From positions 21,080,001-21,144,000 of the forward strand of contig OZ365118.1 of NCBI GenBank assembly GCA_977030845.1: DNA of 64,000 nt. Reading direction: 5' to 3'. Each line of letters begins with the position of its first letter. The first letter of the stretch is position 1. This DNA is from Fimbriosthenelais zetlandica (taxonomy: Eukaryota). The notes below the pieces were generated by a model, which had not been told where the DNA came from, ran no database searches, and was given only the letters and a program-made list of their open reading frames with translations. The position numbers and the translations under genes are program-made. This document shows positions 26,601-40,249 of this stretch, piece by piece.

Positions 26601-29600
26601 ACAGACATTCAGAATGCTTAGAAGCTTACAGTCTTTAAGTCTTGAAATGTTAATCCATTTTATATTCTGATTTTGGAAGAATTCTAAATGAAGGTTTGAA
26701 GATTACAACTACCCCCTCCCACCTGTACCCCCCCCCCCCCCCCCCCCCCTTACACCCCCCTGCTGACTCATGCACCACCTTCCAAGTCTGTGAAACACAT
26801 CTGGCTATTTGTAAAGTTTCACCACCCCACAATCTCTCAGCTTCCCATGTGCTCTGTTTGACAACTACTTTAGTCTCACGTGTTGCCCCTGCCCCTCTAC
26901 CCATTACTGATATTCTTACTCCTGACATATAACTCTAATACTTTTTTAAGCTCGGAAATCCACCCATACCCAAGCCTTAACCCCTAAATGATTAATCCAG
27001 TCCCATCCGGAAAAAGGTTCTAAATTCCAAACCATTTAAAAAAATGATTCAAGATTGATGATGGTGGTGATATATCCGATCCCAAAAAGTTATTTTAAAA
27101 GATTTTTAATCGAATTCAAGCCCGCTGATGGTGATGGGCGTGGTCTTGATATCTATAAGCCACGCCCCCTTCAGGGAGGTATTAAAGGGGGCGTGTCTTT
27201 GAGGATTGATTGATGGATGGTATCAGATGGTGTGATTGGGAGCTCTGATCTAGGATCAAGTATCACACCTGGATTATAGCCCGGATTATCGCCCTGATGA
27301 AGGGGGTTAATGAGCTGCTGGAGGAGGGATTAAATGTCTGGTGGGGGGAGGGGTGGGGTCTATCATTTTAATCAGGGATGACGTGAGAAAGTAGCCAGTG
27401 AAATTTATTCATACAAAGTTCTGACAAAATCTTTATTTTATTTTCAGTTGGACGCCTTTTCTTGCCCCGAGGTGACAGCCAAACTAAAAGCTGTCAAAAC
27501 TCAACTGAGTGATGCACAACAACAAATAGGTGAGTACATACTTCAAAGAAGCAGTATAATAATATTATTTTTCAAATGAATATCTTAAATTACAGCATCT
27601 AGCTTGTACAGAATGGTGTCTAATCCTTACAGCTACTCCTCAATACAGATTATTATCTGTTTAATTTTTGATAATTTCTATTAATGTTTACTACATGTAG
27701 TCATGATTATTAATTTGTTGTGTAGATGCGCTGGCAGCAGACAAGGCGAGTCTGGAGAAGGAACTGTCTGAAGTCCGGGCGCAGCACGTGACTGATCTCC
27801 AGCGTCTACACGACTCCCACCAGGGAGAGTTAGACCAACTACAGCAGCGACTCCAGGCGGAGAAAGAGACAGAAGTAGAGAGTGGTTAGTCTATCAACCA
27901 ACCAACCAATATATATCAGTCTGTCAGCCAATCAAAGACTTAGTAATTTGTTAAATATCTTTTCAATATATTTTGTATTTTCATTGCAGTGGTCCAGAAA
28001 TATTCACACGAAGTTGCCACCTTGAAAAATTTCCTTGAGAAAAATGTGAGTACTATTTAAACATTACCTTTGAATAGTAATCCCTAAAATTCTGTATTTG
28101 TCTATTGCCAAAGGAGGTCTTTCATACAGTGACTTGAACGCTATTCCATTTTAAAATCTTTTTTTCCAGATCTCCGACTTGAAATCCAAACATGAGAAGT
28201 CGATTCAGGATAAAGAAGTGCAGCACTCGGACCACATTGAGAAAATCAAACAAGACCACGACCTCAGAATCAAAGGTGAGGGTTTATTTCACAAATATTT
28301 ATTCAAAATAGATCTGCATCCAAAACATTCCTGAAATGTTGCTTGAACCTTAGGCATATGCATCTTTCGCTTGGAATGGATCTTCTGAGTTCAGACGTAG
28401 TTCTGTATTCCCACACGCGGTGGCGCCACTGTGCAGTGCGTTTCAGGCTATTTTTCATCAGTAAGAACCCATATTAATTTGACAAGTTTGGCGCCGCCTC
28501 TCTTACCTTTCAGATGACACAAATGATCCCGCTACATTGATTACATCGGAGGCCCGGGGTTAGTTCAACTGGAAAATTAAATGAATACATTTTCCATTAA
28601 TTTTGATTGTAATTAAGGATTGACGAACCCGCACTTACTGAAAAAGGGATCTTAATTAAATACTACCATACCTGCACTATTGAAATGTCATTAAATTTTA
28701 AGGGTTTTTTAATTTTAATATTGGATTTTATAGATATTTTTATCTTTTTTGTTGTGTGATAACATTTGCTAACAATTATTTAGCGGTAAGAATTTGCACC
28801 ACTCATCCATTGACAAAGGTATATTCTAACAAGCGCACCTATAGTCTAAGGAACTGTTTCAAGGTTTATAAATTTAAGATCATATTTTTGGGACATGGAC
28901 TAGTCTATTATGGATGGGGTATAATATTCCTCCTAGGCCTGGGCTTGGAGCAAGTTGAAGTAAAATGGCCATAGGTCTCACATCTGTGAGTTGACTCTCA
29001 CCTTTACAATGCAAATAAGTGTGGTATACATGTATTCATAGAATCCATATAGTTCATACATAAAGCATGGATAATGATAGGCCTGTGACAAGTAATGGGA
29101 GGTTTAAACGAGTGCTAAATACCTTCAAAGGTGGGCTCTTTTCCTTCAAATCTAAGAAAAAAATCCTATGTATGCATTCCGCCGTTTCACTAAATTCTTC
29201 AAGAACTGTTTTTAATCACTTAGGACTGGTTTGTAACTTGACTTTAGATTCTATTTTCCTACTTACTTAAATGTTGAGTATTATTTTTTACAGATCTACA
29301 AAAACTACATGAGAAACGTATGGAAGAAATCACAAAAACCTTCGAAAATATCAAATTTACACTGTCGGTAAGTGTTGAAATTAAATAATAGATAAAATTA
29401 AATACATTGAACATTAAAATTACATTTTTACCAGTAAAACTTTCAGTAAAGTATAACCATATTTACAGCAATAGATTGCCATATTTGCAGCAATAAATCG
29501 CCATATTTGCAGCAATAAATCGCCACATTTGCAGCAATAAATCGCCATATTTGCAGCAATAAATGACCACATTTGAAGCAATAAATAACCATTGTTTGAC

Positions 29601-30670
29601 TGTAATTTTCAGGATAAAGTAGAAGCGCTGCGTGGAGAGTGTGAGGAGATGAGGAGTCGCGAGGCGCAGCTGGCGGAACGTGCGCAGCATGAGGCGGATC
29701 TCAAGATCCACATGGCGCTCGCCAAGTACCAGCACCTCCCCGCCGAGATCGAAAGTCTGCGCGCCGTGATGGACATGAGGAACCAAGAGATGCATGAGTT
29801 ACGCTCCAAGAAACTCGAGCTTGAGAAGCAGGTCAGTTTCTCTTTATATTTCTCTTAATATTATTAATGAAGAAACTTTGAAAGCCATCTCGCCAGTGGA
29901 GAAAGGCTTGTCTGCTTCCTGGAGATCTTTCAGATTTCCGCCTTAATTTGTGTGATTTTAAGATTATTTATTGGGTTTTTTTTTATAGTTGGAGGAGATA
30001 CCGAGGGCTCGAGACAAAATCGTCTCACTCCAACAGAAAGTGGAAAACCTAGAAGCGGTTATAGAAATCAAGGGAGATTACGAGAAGTAAGTCATTTCAT
30101 CTCTGACCATCTCATTAAAATATTATTATTCCTCGCAGATAATACTGTAAATAAACATTGGAATAATTGTGTCCTTCGATCTCCACCCAGCGCTGCTAAC
30201 TGGGATATCGAAGGCTAGCAATGCAATGTCTGGTGTGATGCATGTTAATTGGATTAATCCAACCAGGAACTAATCAACCCATGTCGATCTTCCTTTACAG
30301 ACAACTTGCTGAAAAGCACCAAATCTTACTACGCAAATTTGAAAAAGAATCAAAAGCCAACAAACGTTTGTCAATGGACAACGAGGAGCTCGCCTGGCGT
30401 CTGACAAACTGCGCCGAGTCTCCGGACCTATTACGCCGGTCAATCAGCCACTCGCCGACCCGGGCCTCAGCCGAGCCCACACCCGAGGTGGTGAGACGAC
30501 GTAAATCACCGGCATGCTCCATCCCCACATCACCGCGGAACCAGACCGAATTTGAGCAGTCCCCGGTCACTCCTCAGTCACCGCCCAAATCCAACTTAAA
30601 AAGGTCTGGGACTTATGATCTTCTAAATAAGGACTTGGATGAAAAAGACATGAAACAGTCTGATGTATAG
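14650..30670 (+). CDS. MTUS1: Microtubule-associated tumor suppressor (MTUS1/MTUS2/CCDC69, ATIP family) homolog, long isoform, 10 coding exons, 1018 aa
   Basis: Exons 14650-16294, 22103-22350, 27448-27529, 27726-27884, 27990-28045, 28170-28275, 29294-29367, 29613-29831, 29989-30086, 30301-30670. All introns are GT-AG with compatible phases; total 3057 nt. The coiled-coil C-terminus contains ASGFDAMTVLV, LPAEIESLRAVMDMRN and KESKANKRLSMDNEELAWRL, which match the MTUS/CCDC69 signature as I recall it (ESKxNKRLSMENEELxWKL). The symbol denotes the family, not one-to-one orthology. The joining of exon 1 is inferred from phase only. Confidence 0.88.
17878..17921. repeat. 21-bp exact tandem duplication with internal inverted repeat
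   Basis: (tgacccggggagggtcacagc)x2; tgaccc/gggtca pair within each unit. Confidence 0.85.
21504..21639. repeat. 33-bp tandem repeat, 4 copies (intronic)
   Basis: (catgtgtaatgacccctgcccccaacccaccca)n. Confidence 0.95.
22103..30670 (+). CDS. Shared coiled-coil exons of the MTUS/CCDC69-family gene (9 exons)
   Basis: Canonical acceptors and donors at every exon (e.g. ttttgcag|AC at 22103, GAG|gtgagc at 22350, ttttcag|TTG at 27448). The frame is open to TAG at 30668-30670. Confidence 0.93.
22416..22617. repeat. About 51-bp tandem repeat, 4 copies arranged A-B-A-B
   Basis: Core aggccactttag..cagttgggaagt. Units alternate tails ttttgc(g/c)tcttggaagg and tttcatc(a/c)ctttaga(a/t)tgaac. Confidence 0.85.
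29456..29588. repeat. 22-bp tandem repeat, about 6 copies (intronic, ending 25 nt before an acceptor)
   Basis: (atttgcagcaataaatcgccat)n. Confidence 0.92.
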
Positions 30671-33600
30671 CAACATGGCTGCGATTGATGATTCAGGCCT
30701 TCTTTAGTGGTTCAAATGTCATCTGCTTAATAATTAATACCAAAAGTATGAAGGGAAAAAAGGGAATGATGATGAAGGGTGTTTAGGAACTGGAAACGTA
30801 CGATAAAGGGCCATTTGAACCTTGAAGTGTTAGGTAGAAATGTGTACAAATTTGCGAGAAAAAAAATGATAAGAATATTTATCATTACATCAAATTGCAT
30901 CCATGAAGTTAACACCAGGCATTTCATATCTTTACCAAAGAAATTGTGAAATTGACCAACACATTCTAAAAAACAAAACGAGTTGTGAGAATTGAAGTGA
31001 AGTGACAAATAATGAGAGAGAATCATCAGAGATATAGAATTTTACTTCTTCAATTTTAGAAGTTCATTTCTATGTTTGGAAAAAGTAAAAAAAAAAATGA
31101 CCAAGATTGTATATTAATCTGTTTCCACTAATAATGTGAAGTTACTAAGTGATTGAGTCATTCATTGTTGGTCTTTGACTAAGAATCAATTTTGTGTTTA
31201 TTGTAACCTCTTGGAAAGCTCGATGTTCTACGTAAAAGTGATTTTCCATTGTCCTAACACTCCATTTAGACATAGAGCCTTCTCTCCCAGTGCTAGAGTT
31301 AGACAAATTAGTGTATATCTAAATTATTATTGACCTTAATTTTTCATGAACGAGTGAACTTTTTGTGTCCCTATAAGATAGGGAACATCTCGCTTCATCA
31401 AACAAATATTTGGCAAAATCTTTCTGAATGTTTACGTGCCTCTGAAATGGAAGGGAATTTTGTGGAATAGATTTTTTTGGGAAGAAAAAAAAAGATTTTT
31501 GCCCGATGATGCTTCAGTCTGTGATCATATGTATACATATTATCTATGTTTAAAAAAAGTGCTATTATAATAAATTAGAGTTTAGTAGGGACGTATTGAC
31601 TTAATGCTCTATCTATGGTATATTTAGTGCTGGCTATACCTCCGACATGTCACCATGCACCAGGTAGTCAACATGTCCTTTGTGTCTGTTAATTATTATT
31701 TTTGTACTAAAACCTTTGTGTCAGCTCACGGGGATCTGTTCAGTGGTATACCAGATCCTAGTTACAGAAAAAAATCACAAAAGATATTATTCAACATATA
31801 ATGTTCCTTGTTGGACCTAAGTGCATCCTTTTGTTCGCAATTCATTTCTAATTCTTATTAACATTATTGTAAGGATAGAATTAAGGATGATTAACCCTTT
31901 GAAGTTAAAACCCAGAGGAAGTATGAGTTTGGTGCTTTTTGTACATATATAATATAATATAACGCTCTTGGACAGAATGACAGAAATTAAATTGTGTGTG
32001 GGGTGCAGTAAAAAAGATATAAAAACACCAAAAATATTGATAATATATAATATATTGATATTATTCCACCATATATATTATCCATTGCCTTTGTGGCATT
32101 GATAGAATACATTGTAATTATAATAATAATGAAGAGCGTTATAGTTTACGTACAGTAGCTTGTACAGTGTTTGTGTTGACCAAGTGTTACTGTGTAACGT
32201 TTGATTGCCCTGTATTTACCCTGTATCGTATGATGGTGTGTCACTGTAACTCAATAATCCGTACTGCCCCACTCATTCAGCGTCGCGTGTAATAATATTA
32301 ACATTCACATGTGCAATTCAATATTTCTCCATATATAGTCTATGTATGAGTGCCGTTACATCCATTCTCATTATGCTCTCAATCCCCTAGCAATTCAATG
32401 ACTTGCATTTGATCTGTACAAAATGAATTAATTATATAAATTAATATTAAATTTTTGGGACGGTTTCCAAGAGGTCTGAAGGCTGAAGTGCCAGGCATAT
32501 GTTCTGATGGGACCAGTCGTTTTGTTAAAATAAATTACAGCAGAAAATTACAAAAAATAATTTAAAACTATTTCACCCATGTAACTTTCATTTTAATGAT
32601 CTCATATTATCATTCATTCACCCTCTTATACATTGTTCCAGGTTCATCACAACCAGCCCTTGAAGTTGCCAAAATTATCTAAGTTTTTGCTATTAGATCT
32701 TCAAAAGAATTTTAGTGAAAAATTGTGTGTTTTTTCACATCTGATAAGTCAAGAGCACCATGCATGTAATCTTTAAATCTGCCCAAATATTGTCTCAAAA
32801 TTTATTCAAAAATTGCCTTATTTAATTGTTGCATGTTGTGTCGTTTGGACAAGCATCTAAAGTGGGCATTTTCGGTACGATTTATTAGTATCTTTCACTC
32901 CCTCTGATATTGATTTGTGCTCAAGGAATATTCCGCAACTACCGAGGACATCATTCCATCTCATTATATTTCTCATTCAGTCAGAAGCCATATTACCCCT
33001 TCATTAATATTTCATTTCATTTCTGCCTTCCTTAAAACAAATGCCTATAAAACTGCAAGAGTGGAAATAAGTACATTCTTATATCCATACATTGCGTTAG
33101 AAAAATAATGGCCTTTTCAAAGGGGAAACCTTAGGCAGCATTCTTGTGAGTGAAAATTATTTCATATGTTTAGCATTGAACTAATTGAGTTTAAGATTCA
33201 AGGCTTAGTCAGCACTTTGTCATGATGTGCCACCCTTTGTAAGTGCTCACTATTTGGTCACACCGCTTTTGCTGCAAAGCCAACTCTGCAGCGCCTTCAA
33301 TTCTATGTCAATTCTCCGCAAAAAAAAACTTATTGGAATTCACTGTATATTTAACCCAGTAGTAAAGGAATGACATTTGTAAATATTGTAATAGTTTGCC
33401 AGATGTTGCTAGTTATAGAATGTAAACACACTTGTTGTTGGAGAGGAAAAAGTTAAGCTATCTATTATTAATATTAGTTAAAACCTGTAGGTGATTGTAA
33501 ACTTTATTGCAGGGTATGGACAATATTCTGGCTATTAAACATGTAAAAAAGAACCAGAATTTAAAGGAAAAAATCAATATCAGACACACATAAGTTACCA

Positions 33601-34327
33601 TTGATAATGTGGAAATCTGACCTGAATTTACTCATTCTGCACCAACATTTAGCAGTGCATTGTCATATTTTGGGGATAAGTTACTGAGTTGCCTCTTTGT
33701 TCTTTGGCTTGAATATTACTGCTCTTTACAAAATAACCCTGAGGAAAATCAATGTATCGCCTATGCAAATATTTGTTACTCTTGCTCCGTTGCGCCATAA
33801 TATTTAAGAGGAAAGAGATGTGGAATGAAAGCAAAGGAACTAGTCCATGACACATTCTGAGATGAAGTAAATGAGTTCAAGCCTAAGTGTTACGTTACTC
33901 GATACGACAGGCTGTTATTATGTATGTTTATTTCTGGTCAGAATGGACGGTATATAATAGTTGGCTGCATACAAAAGAATGCTCCTTATCTAAGCTCCTA
34001 AAACATTGCTTGGATTCACGAGTTGTAGGTCTATTTACCAAGAAAAACTGGCTTTCTATGTCCTGCACTCTATATTCAATGTGTGTCTGATCTTTTTGAA
34101 AAAGGACTATTGAAATACTGATAATTCAGATGGAGCTTCAGTCACTGAAAAGAATCAAATAAAAATATAAATCAAAAATGGATTTGTTTTATTGGGGATG
34201 AGGGGCCAGTCATTGAGTTTAGCTTACAAGCCTACATCTGCCTACATCCAAGGTATAACCCTAGGCCTACATGTTAAATTCTAGTTACGAAATTTCATAT
34301 TTTCGCGTATCGTAAAAAAAAGACAGA

Positions 34328-34395
34328 ACCAACGGGGTTTCGAACCGCGGACCTTGCCTTTCCAAACCTACGCGCTACCTCTGAGCGACACGTGG
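34328..34395 (-). pseudogene. tRNA-derived sequence (SINE head or tRNA pseudogene) divergent from ETFDH
   Basis: The minus strand reads tgtcGCTCAGAGGTAGCGCgtaggtttggaaaggcaaggtccgcGGTTCGAAACCCcgttggt. D-loop and T-loop boxes are recognisable, but the anticodon stem is unpaired. Confidence 0.6.
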
Positions 34396-34583
34396 TGGCA
34401 GCACCATTAGGCCTACCACGTTGTCGTTATGGTATCGCCGTAACACCATGGTCTAATAGTATTATTATTTGTTCTGAGAACGCAGTTTGGGCCAGACAGG
34501 TCTAAGGAGAGCATTGATCGTGTATAATCACTTAAAACACCGTAACTAAGATTTGTTATTTTACGACATTGCTCACTTTTCGG

Positions 34584-34601
34584 CCTTGACCTTGACCTTG
34601 G
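34584..34601 (-). promoter_or_regulatory. Tandem nuclear-receptor half-sites (ERRE TCAAGGTCA / DR0) just upstream of the ETFDH start codon
   Basis: tgaccttgaccttgg at 34587-34601; its reverse complement contains AGGTCA-AGGTCA, TCAAGGTCA and CCAAGGTCA. Function untested. Confidence 0.4.
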
Positions 34602-34617
34602 AACTGATATAACAAGT

Positions 34618-37600
34618 ATGGCGTCCATCGGTCACATCGGCAGACTGCTCACTCGAAAAAGTAAGTGATTTCCTCATATTTAAAGCATTATCTTTCATAT
34701 AAACATAATCAGGAAGTGTCTACTAACATTCTTGTGTAAACTGGGCCTTTGTAGTGTTTATAAACGATGTAAATTATGATTTGGGGGCAGATTTATCGAT
34801 GTCAACATGACCCTGCCCCTGGATTCCTGAACTGTGAAGTGAGACTTGAGTTGAGTGATCGCTCCCTGTGCATGTTGTCTGACACGTCACAATTTGGCCT
34901 TATTTGTCAGTCAGATGTGCATCTTGTCACGATTACAAAGTGCCTGAATAAATGAGCAATATGTATGAGTTGTCATTCAGACAGGACTGTAGTGTATTAC
35001 TGTTTAGTGTTAGGAAAGTTCACTCAGATTCAACATGTCTCATGAGACGAGTCAGTTTACTTACGCGTTTCATAACTGCGGCTTCGTGTATGAAGCAGTC
35101 ACACTGCCAGTAACATAAACACTAGTTTATAGCCTAGTTATAGGATCTTTCTTATCGCCGTTTTACTTGTTTTTTAGCGGGCCAGCTTCTGCGGTCCAGT
35201 AGCAGACTTTATTCTGCTGATACTCCAAAAATTACAACTCATTACACGGTGGTTCCCCGCGAGACCGATCCAAGATGGTCAGGTAAGTCAAATGGTAACA
35301 AAATCAACACCCCAGTGGTGATCTTCAGGTAATAAATTAAAAAGAAAACTGAACATAACTGTGTGTGTCAATTCTATTTTAAGAGAGATCTAACTGTCTA
35401 TTTTTGTGATGATGTATTCAGTACTCTCTGCAATGCTGTATTTGTGTATTCATTAATCTCTGTAATGCTGTATTTGTTATATCAGAGGTGAGCATGGAGA
35501 GGTACGAGGACGAGGTGGATGTATGTATTGTTGGGGGAGGACCTGCAGGACTGGCCGCCGCCTGCCGCCTCAAACAACTGGCCAACGCCCAGGACAAGGA
35601 GATGAGGGTATGCCTGGTGGAAAAAGCCGCAGAAATAGGTGAGTCTGCTCACTAGAAAATTAATTGACAATTGGCCTGTCTGTAGCTTTCCTAATACTGT
35701 AGGTAAAATATGAATATTTATTATTGTATTTCTTTGACAGGGCGTCACACATTATCAGGAGCCTGTATAGAACCAGGTCCATTGCTCGACCTCTTCCCTG
35801 ATGCTATAGAAAAAGGCGTAAGTATTAATATCCCACTTTAACTTATAATGTCGTGCATGATAACATTATCATATAATACAATCATTTCCTCTTATTTTAG
35901 GCCCCTCTACATACGCCAGTCACTACTGATAGGTTCTACATTTTAACTGAAAAATCCGCCATTCCCGTGCCAATATTTAAAGGTGGGTATTGTATTCTCC
36001 GTTTAAGAAAATATAGATACATCGCTGTCCATTTTAGGCCCTGTGAGTTGAGCTCAGTAATAGGACATGATAGAACCACAATATGTATATTGTCTATAGC
36101 TCTATTGGGAGACAAAAGATGGTGTCCTCTCGCGGTTGTATCAGGCGCCAAATTATGTCCGCTTCAGTGAGACGTATTCAGTGTAGGAATGAATGGATGG
36201 GCGGAGGGCCAGGGAGGGGTTCCAGATGTATGGTCCTAGACATGCTTCAATGATTACCTCAACTATGTGTATGATGAGTGATAGGAAAGAAGAATGAATG
36301 AATGAGTCAAGAAATAGATAGATGAGGGAAGGAATAAATGAAATAATTGATCAATGATCCAATGAATGGACCAATAATATTTGTGTATAATTAAGCTCTT
36401 TTACCATTGAACATTATAAAGTTCCAACTATGAATTAAAGAATTTAAACATTACAGGTATGCCCATGTATAACCACGGTAACTACATTGTACGCCTGGGT
36501 AACCTGGTGGCGTGGATGGGGCAGCAGGCGGAGGAGCTGGGCGTGGAGATCTACCCGGGCTATGCCGCCAGCGAGGTGAATATGCACTGGGAATTAGCTA
36601 TAAATTTCTTTAAACTTTTTGCAATTTTTTAATTTAATACTTATTTATCTTTCATGAAGGTTCTCTTCCATGAGGATGGAAGCGTAAAAGGCATTGCTAC
36701 AAACGATGTGGGCATCTATAAGGATGGCTCTCCAAAAGTAAGTAGATGCTGAGTTTATCTGCTTGAATCTTTTTACTACTAAATTCTGCGACAATTTATA
36801 CTCATAGCTGAACATATTTTTGAACTTCTAGGACACGTTTGAACGTGGGATGGAAATCCATGCCAAGACGACCATTTTCGGGGAGGGTTGCCATGGACAC
36901 CTGACTAAACAACTAAACAGTAAGTTCAACCTGCGAGATGGTAAACAACCCATGAGTTACGGTATAGGTCTGAAGGAGATGTGGGAAGTAGATCCAGCCA
37001 AACATCGACCCGGGCATGTCGAACATGCGCTAGGCTGGCCTCTGGTAAGATTATTACTGGATCTTTAAAATTGTTATGTAATTATTTTGTATGTGTTTTG
37101 GTTTAAATTAAATTCTAAATTCAATCTTCCAGGATAGGACATCATATGGAGGTTCGTTTTGCTACCATCTCGGGGAAGGCGATGTTCCACTCATTGTCAT
37201 AGGATATGTGGTAAGTATGCGCTCTCTTTACTTCTACATTTTAAATAATTCAATAACTTCCAAATCATAAAGTTCTGCAATTTCATACTGAAAGAATATA
37301 CTTTGGTAAAATTCCCTGTTTTAACAGCTCTGACTTTATTTCTCAGGTGGCCTTGGACTATGAGAATCCTTACCTCAATCCATTTAAAGAGTTCCAGAGG
37401 TTCAAGCATCATCCTCACGTGTCCAAACTACTCACAGGCGGTAAGAGGATCTCCTACGGTGCTCGAGCTCTCAATGAAGGAGGCTTTCAGGTTTGTACAA
37501 AAAAAAGAAGTATACCTCAACTTTAGATAATTTCCAATATTTCATCAAGGATCCTTCCTTAAATATTATAATATAATGTCAAAATATTTAAGAGATATTT

Positions 37601-38841
37601 TTGGTGTTTTTGGCAGTCTGTACCCAAGTTAACTTTCCCCGGTGGGTGTCTGATTGGCTGTGGAGCGGGACTGCTGAATGTACCTAAAGTAAAGGGAACA
37701 CATAACGCTATAAAGAGCGGTACTATAGCTGCTGAGTCTATCTATAGTACAATCACTGACGACGGTTTCCAGTCACCAACTATAGGTACGTCTTATTATT
37801 AGTTAGTTCTTAGTTCTTATTTCTCTCTCTGGTTCTTATTAAAAAGTACTATCTACTACTGTTTTTCCCTCTTATCCTTCCTATCTTTCTTCCTTCAATC
37901 CTCAGATCTTTCACACCAATTCTCCGCCCTGTATTAAGACCTGTGTTTGTTGTTTTTTCAGGTATAGAGCCTGTGAGTTACCAGGCAGCATTAGAGAGCA
38001 GCTCTGTGTATAAGGAGTTGCGAGCAGCTCGTAACGTGCGACCTTCATTCAACACGTCGCTTGGTTGGATTGGAGGCATGATGTATACTGGTCTCTTCTA
38101 TGTGGGCTTGAGGGGGCTCGAACCCTGGACCCTCAAACATCACAGTAAGTCTCCTAACCTAATGCTTCAGTTCAATCTCTTTAATAGATTTTTAACCAAT
38201 TCAAGAAGCTTCAGCATTTCAACATCTACATGTATTATGTAATATTGATGTTAAATTCCTGTTCTAAACGTGTGCTTTGTGATGTAGGTGGAGGGGACCA
38301 TGCCTGTCTAAAGCCGGCCGCTGAATGTAAGCCTATAGACTACCCTAAGCCTGACGGTGAGCTGAGTTTTGACCTGCTCAGTTCTGTAGCACTGACTGGT
38401 ACCAACCATGACCATGACCAGCCGGCTCATCTTACCCTCATGGACGACACTGTCCCCGTCAACCATAACCTGGCCGTCTACGATGGTCCTGAACAAAGAT
38501 TCTGTCCCGCAGGTAGGCTGTCCTCAATGATTTTTATGAAATTGAATTGGGTTCTTCAATTCATGAATAATTATATGGAGGTAGTTAAATTTATACTATT
38601 TTGAACGTTAAATTCAACCTAGTTGCCCCAACAATTTTATCAAACTTTAATTGAGTTAAATTGAATTATATTTTCTGTAGGTGTCTATGAATACGTGGAG
38701 AAAGAAGACGGAGGAATGAGACTCCAGATCAACGCTCAGAACTGTATACATTGTAAAACGTGTGATATCAAAGATCCATCTCAGAACATTAACTGGGTGT
38801 GTCCCCAGGGAGGAGAGGGGCCCTCTTATGAGGGGATGTAA
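34618..38841 (+). CDS. ETFDH: Electron transfer flavoprotein-ubiquinone oxidoreductase, mitochondrial (ETF-QO), 14 exons, 609 aa
   Basis: Exons 34618-34660, 35178-35282, 35486-35638, 35741-35817, 35901-35982, 36457-36575, 36660-36737, 36832-37044, 37133-37210, 37347-37490, 37617-37785, 37962-38144, 38288-38512, 38681-38841 (1830 nt). Arg/Ser/Leu-rich transit peptide, FAD motif [33 protein letters not shown], and 4Fe-4S ligands RFCPAGVYE...[16 protein letters not shown]. Confidence 0.98.
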
Positions 38842-40249
38842 AAATAATACCCCTCACTCCCCACTCACCGCTTCCATACAGTGCCGAAAAATGCAACTTG
38901 ATATTGTGTATACCAGACAGAAATTCCTTAATAACAGGTGATCACTCAACAGTATCTTAATTTTATTATGAGGTATTTAATTTTTCAATTTCGTGATCGA
39001 TTTAAAAGATAGATTTGTGGCTTCAAAAATGGTAATGTTTTATGGCGATTCTGTACTGGCCAAGAGATTGTTTATATTCAGTAGTATAGGGTTATTGCAC
39101 TGGCCAACTGATTGTCAAAGTAACGTGCATGTTTGGATCACATACCTCTAGCCAACACATACACTCTGCATTGATGATCTATGAAAATATTGTGTGATAA
39201 ACAATTATTTACATAGGATAGGGATGATCACGTAGGGTCTAATGTATCATTATTTTGTGATCACAAAAATGTATTACTTTTGTCGAAAAAAAGAGAAAAT
39301 TTATATAAGTATCCATAGTAAGAGGCATGTAGGAACAGGATATTTCTGCTACAAATAAGAATAGGTATAACTCTAAAAAATATCTTAAATTGTGAGTTTC
39401 AGAGAATTTTGGTGACATTTAAAACTAATCAGTATATATAGCAATGTCTGCATGGGTTCATGAGCATCTGAGATGTAAATTATAAAATCGTGTTTGTAAG
39501 AAATGTTTGTAGATTCAGTTTAAATTGTTGATGAAATGTTTATAACTTTCATGAGCAAATTGGTCAAAGATATTGCCAAACTCAGGAGAAGCATTGTCCA
39601 CTTTGTATGGGCAGTTATATGGCGTTCATTCTTAATGGCGAACTTTTCTCCTCGTAAAAATGATTTGAATCTTATTAATAGTTCCTTCCCTGAAGTAACT
39701 TCTTTCTTTTCCTAAAAAATAATAATGGAAAAGGAGGAAATGGCGGGGGAAAGCATTACAAAATGCTTTTAATGTGGATTGTGGAATTTGTGTTTCGTTG
39801 GGAATATTTCGGTTGTACAAGATGTTTATTTCTATTCATTTAAAAACATTTAAATGGGATTCATCAGTTAGCATCTATAATGTACCAGTTTTAGACATAT
39901 TTATGTGAAACTAAAACAGGTTGTCATAAATTTCGTTTCTTCATTCAATGAATAGTCAATGGATTTATTTCCTCTAGTCCACCATGTAATTTGCACTCAT
40001 GATTGATTTATTCAAGTTGCTAGAATAGAATTTAACATTCTGGTTACTTATAAAAGTAAAGACTAAAGGGGTGTGGATGCACATTAAAACATGCATGTAT
40101 TAACTGATCATAATTATACACTAGTTACCCCCAACTCATCAACTGCTAGGTTGGGATCTTGCGGGTTTGCACGTTTGCATCATTTGAGCATTTTTTAAAT
40201 ACATCCTCAAACAAAAGCCATGTAATTTCGTCTTTTCTTTTCCTATTAA

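Noticed and set aside
30671-32460. Long MTUS 3' UTR with one GTGCAAT (miR-92-type seed match) near 32312
   Set aside because: A single 7-mer in about 2 kb is near chance expectation and the UTR end is undefined.
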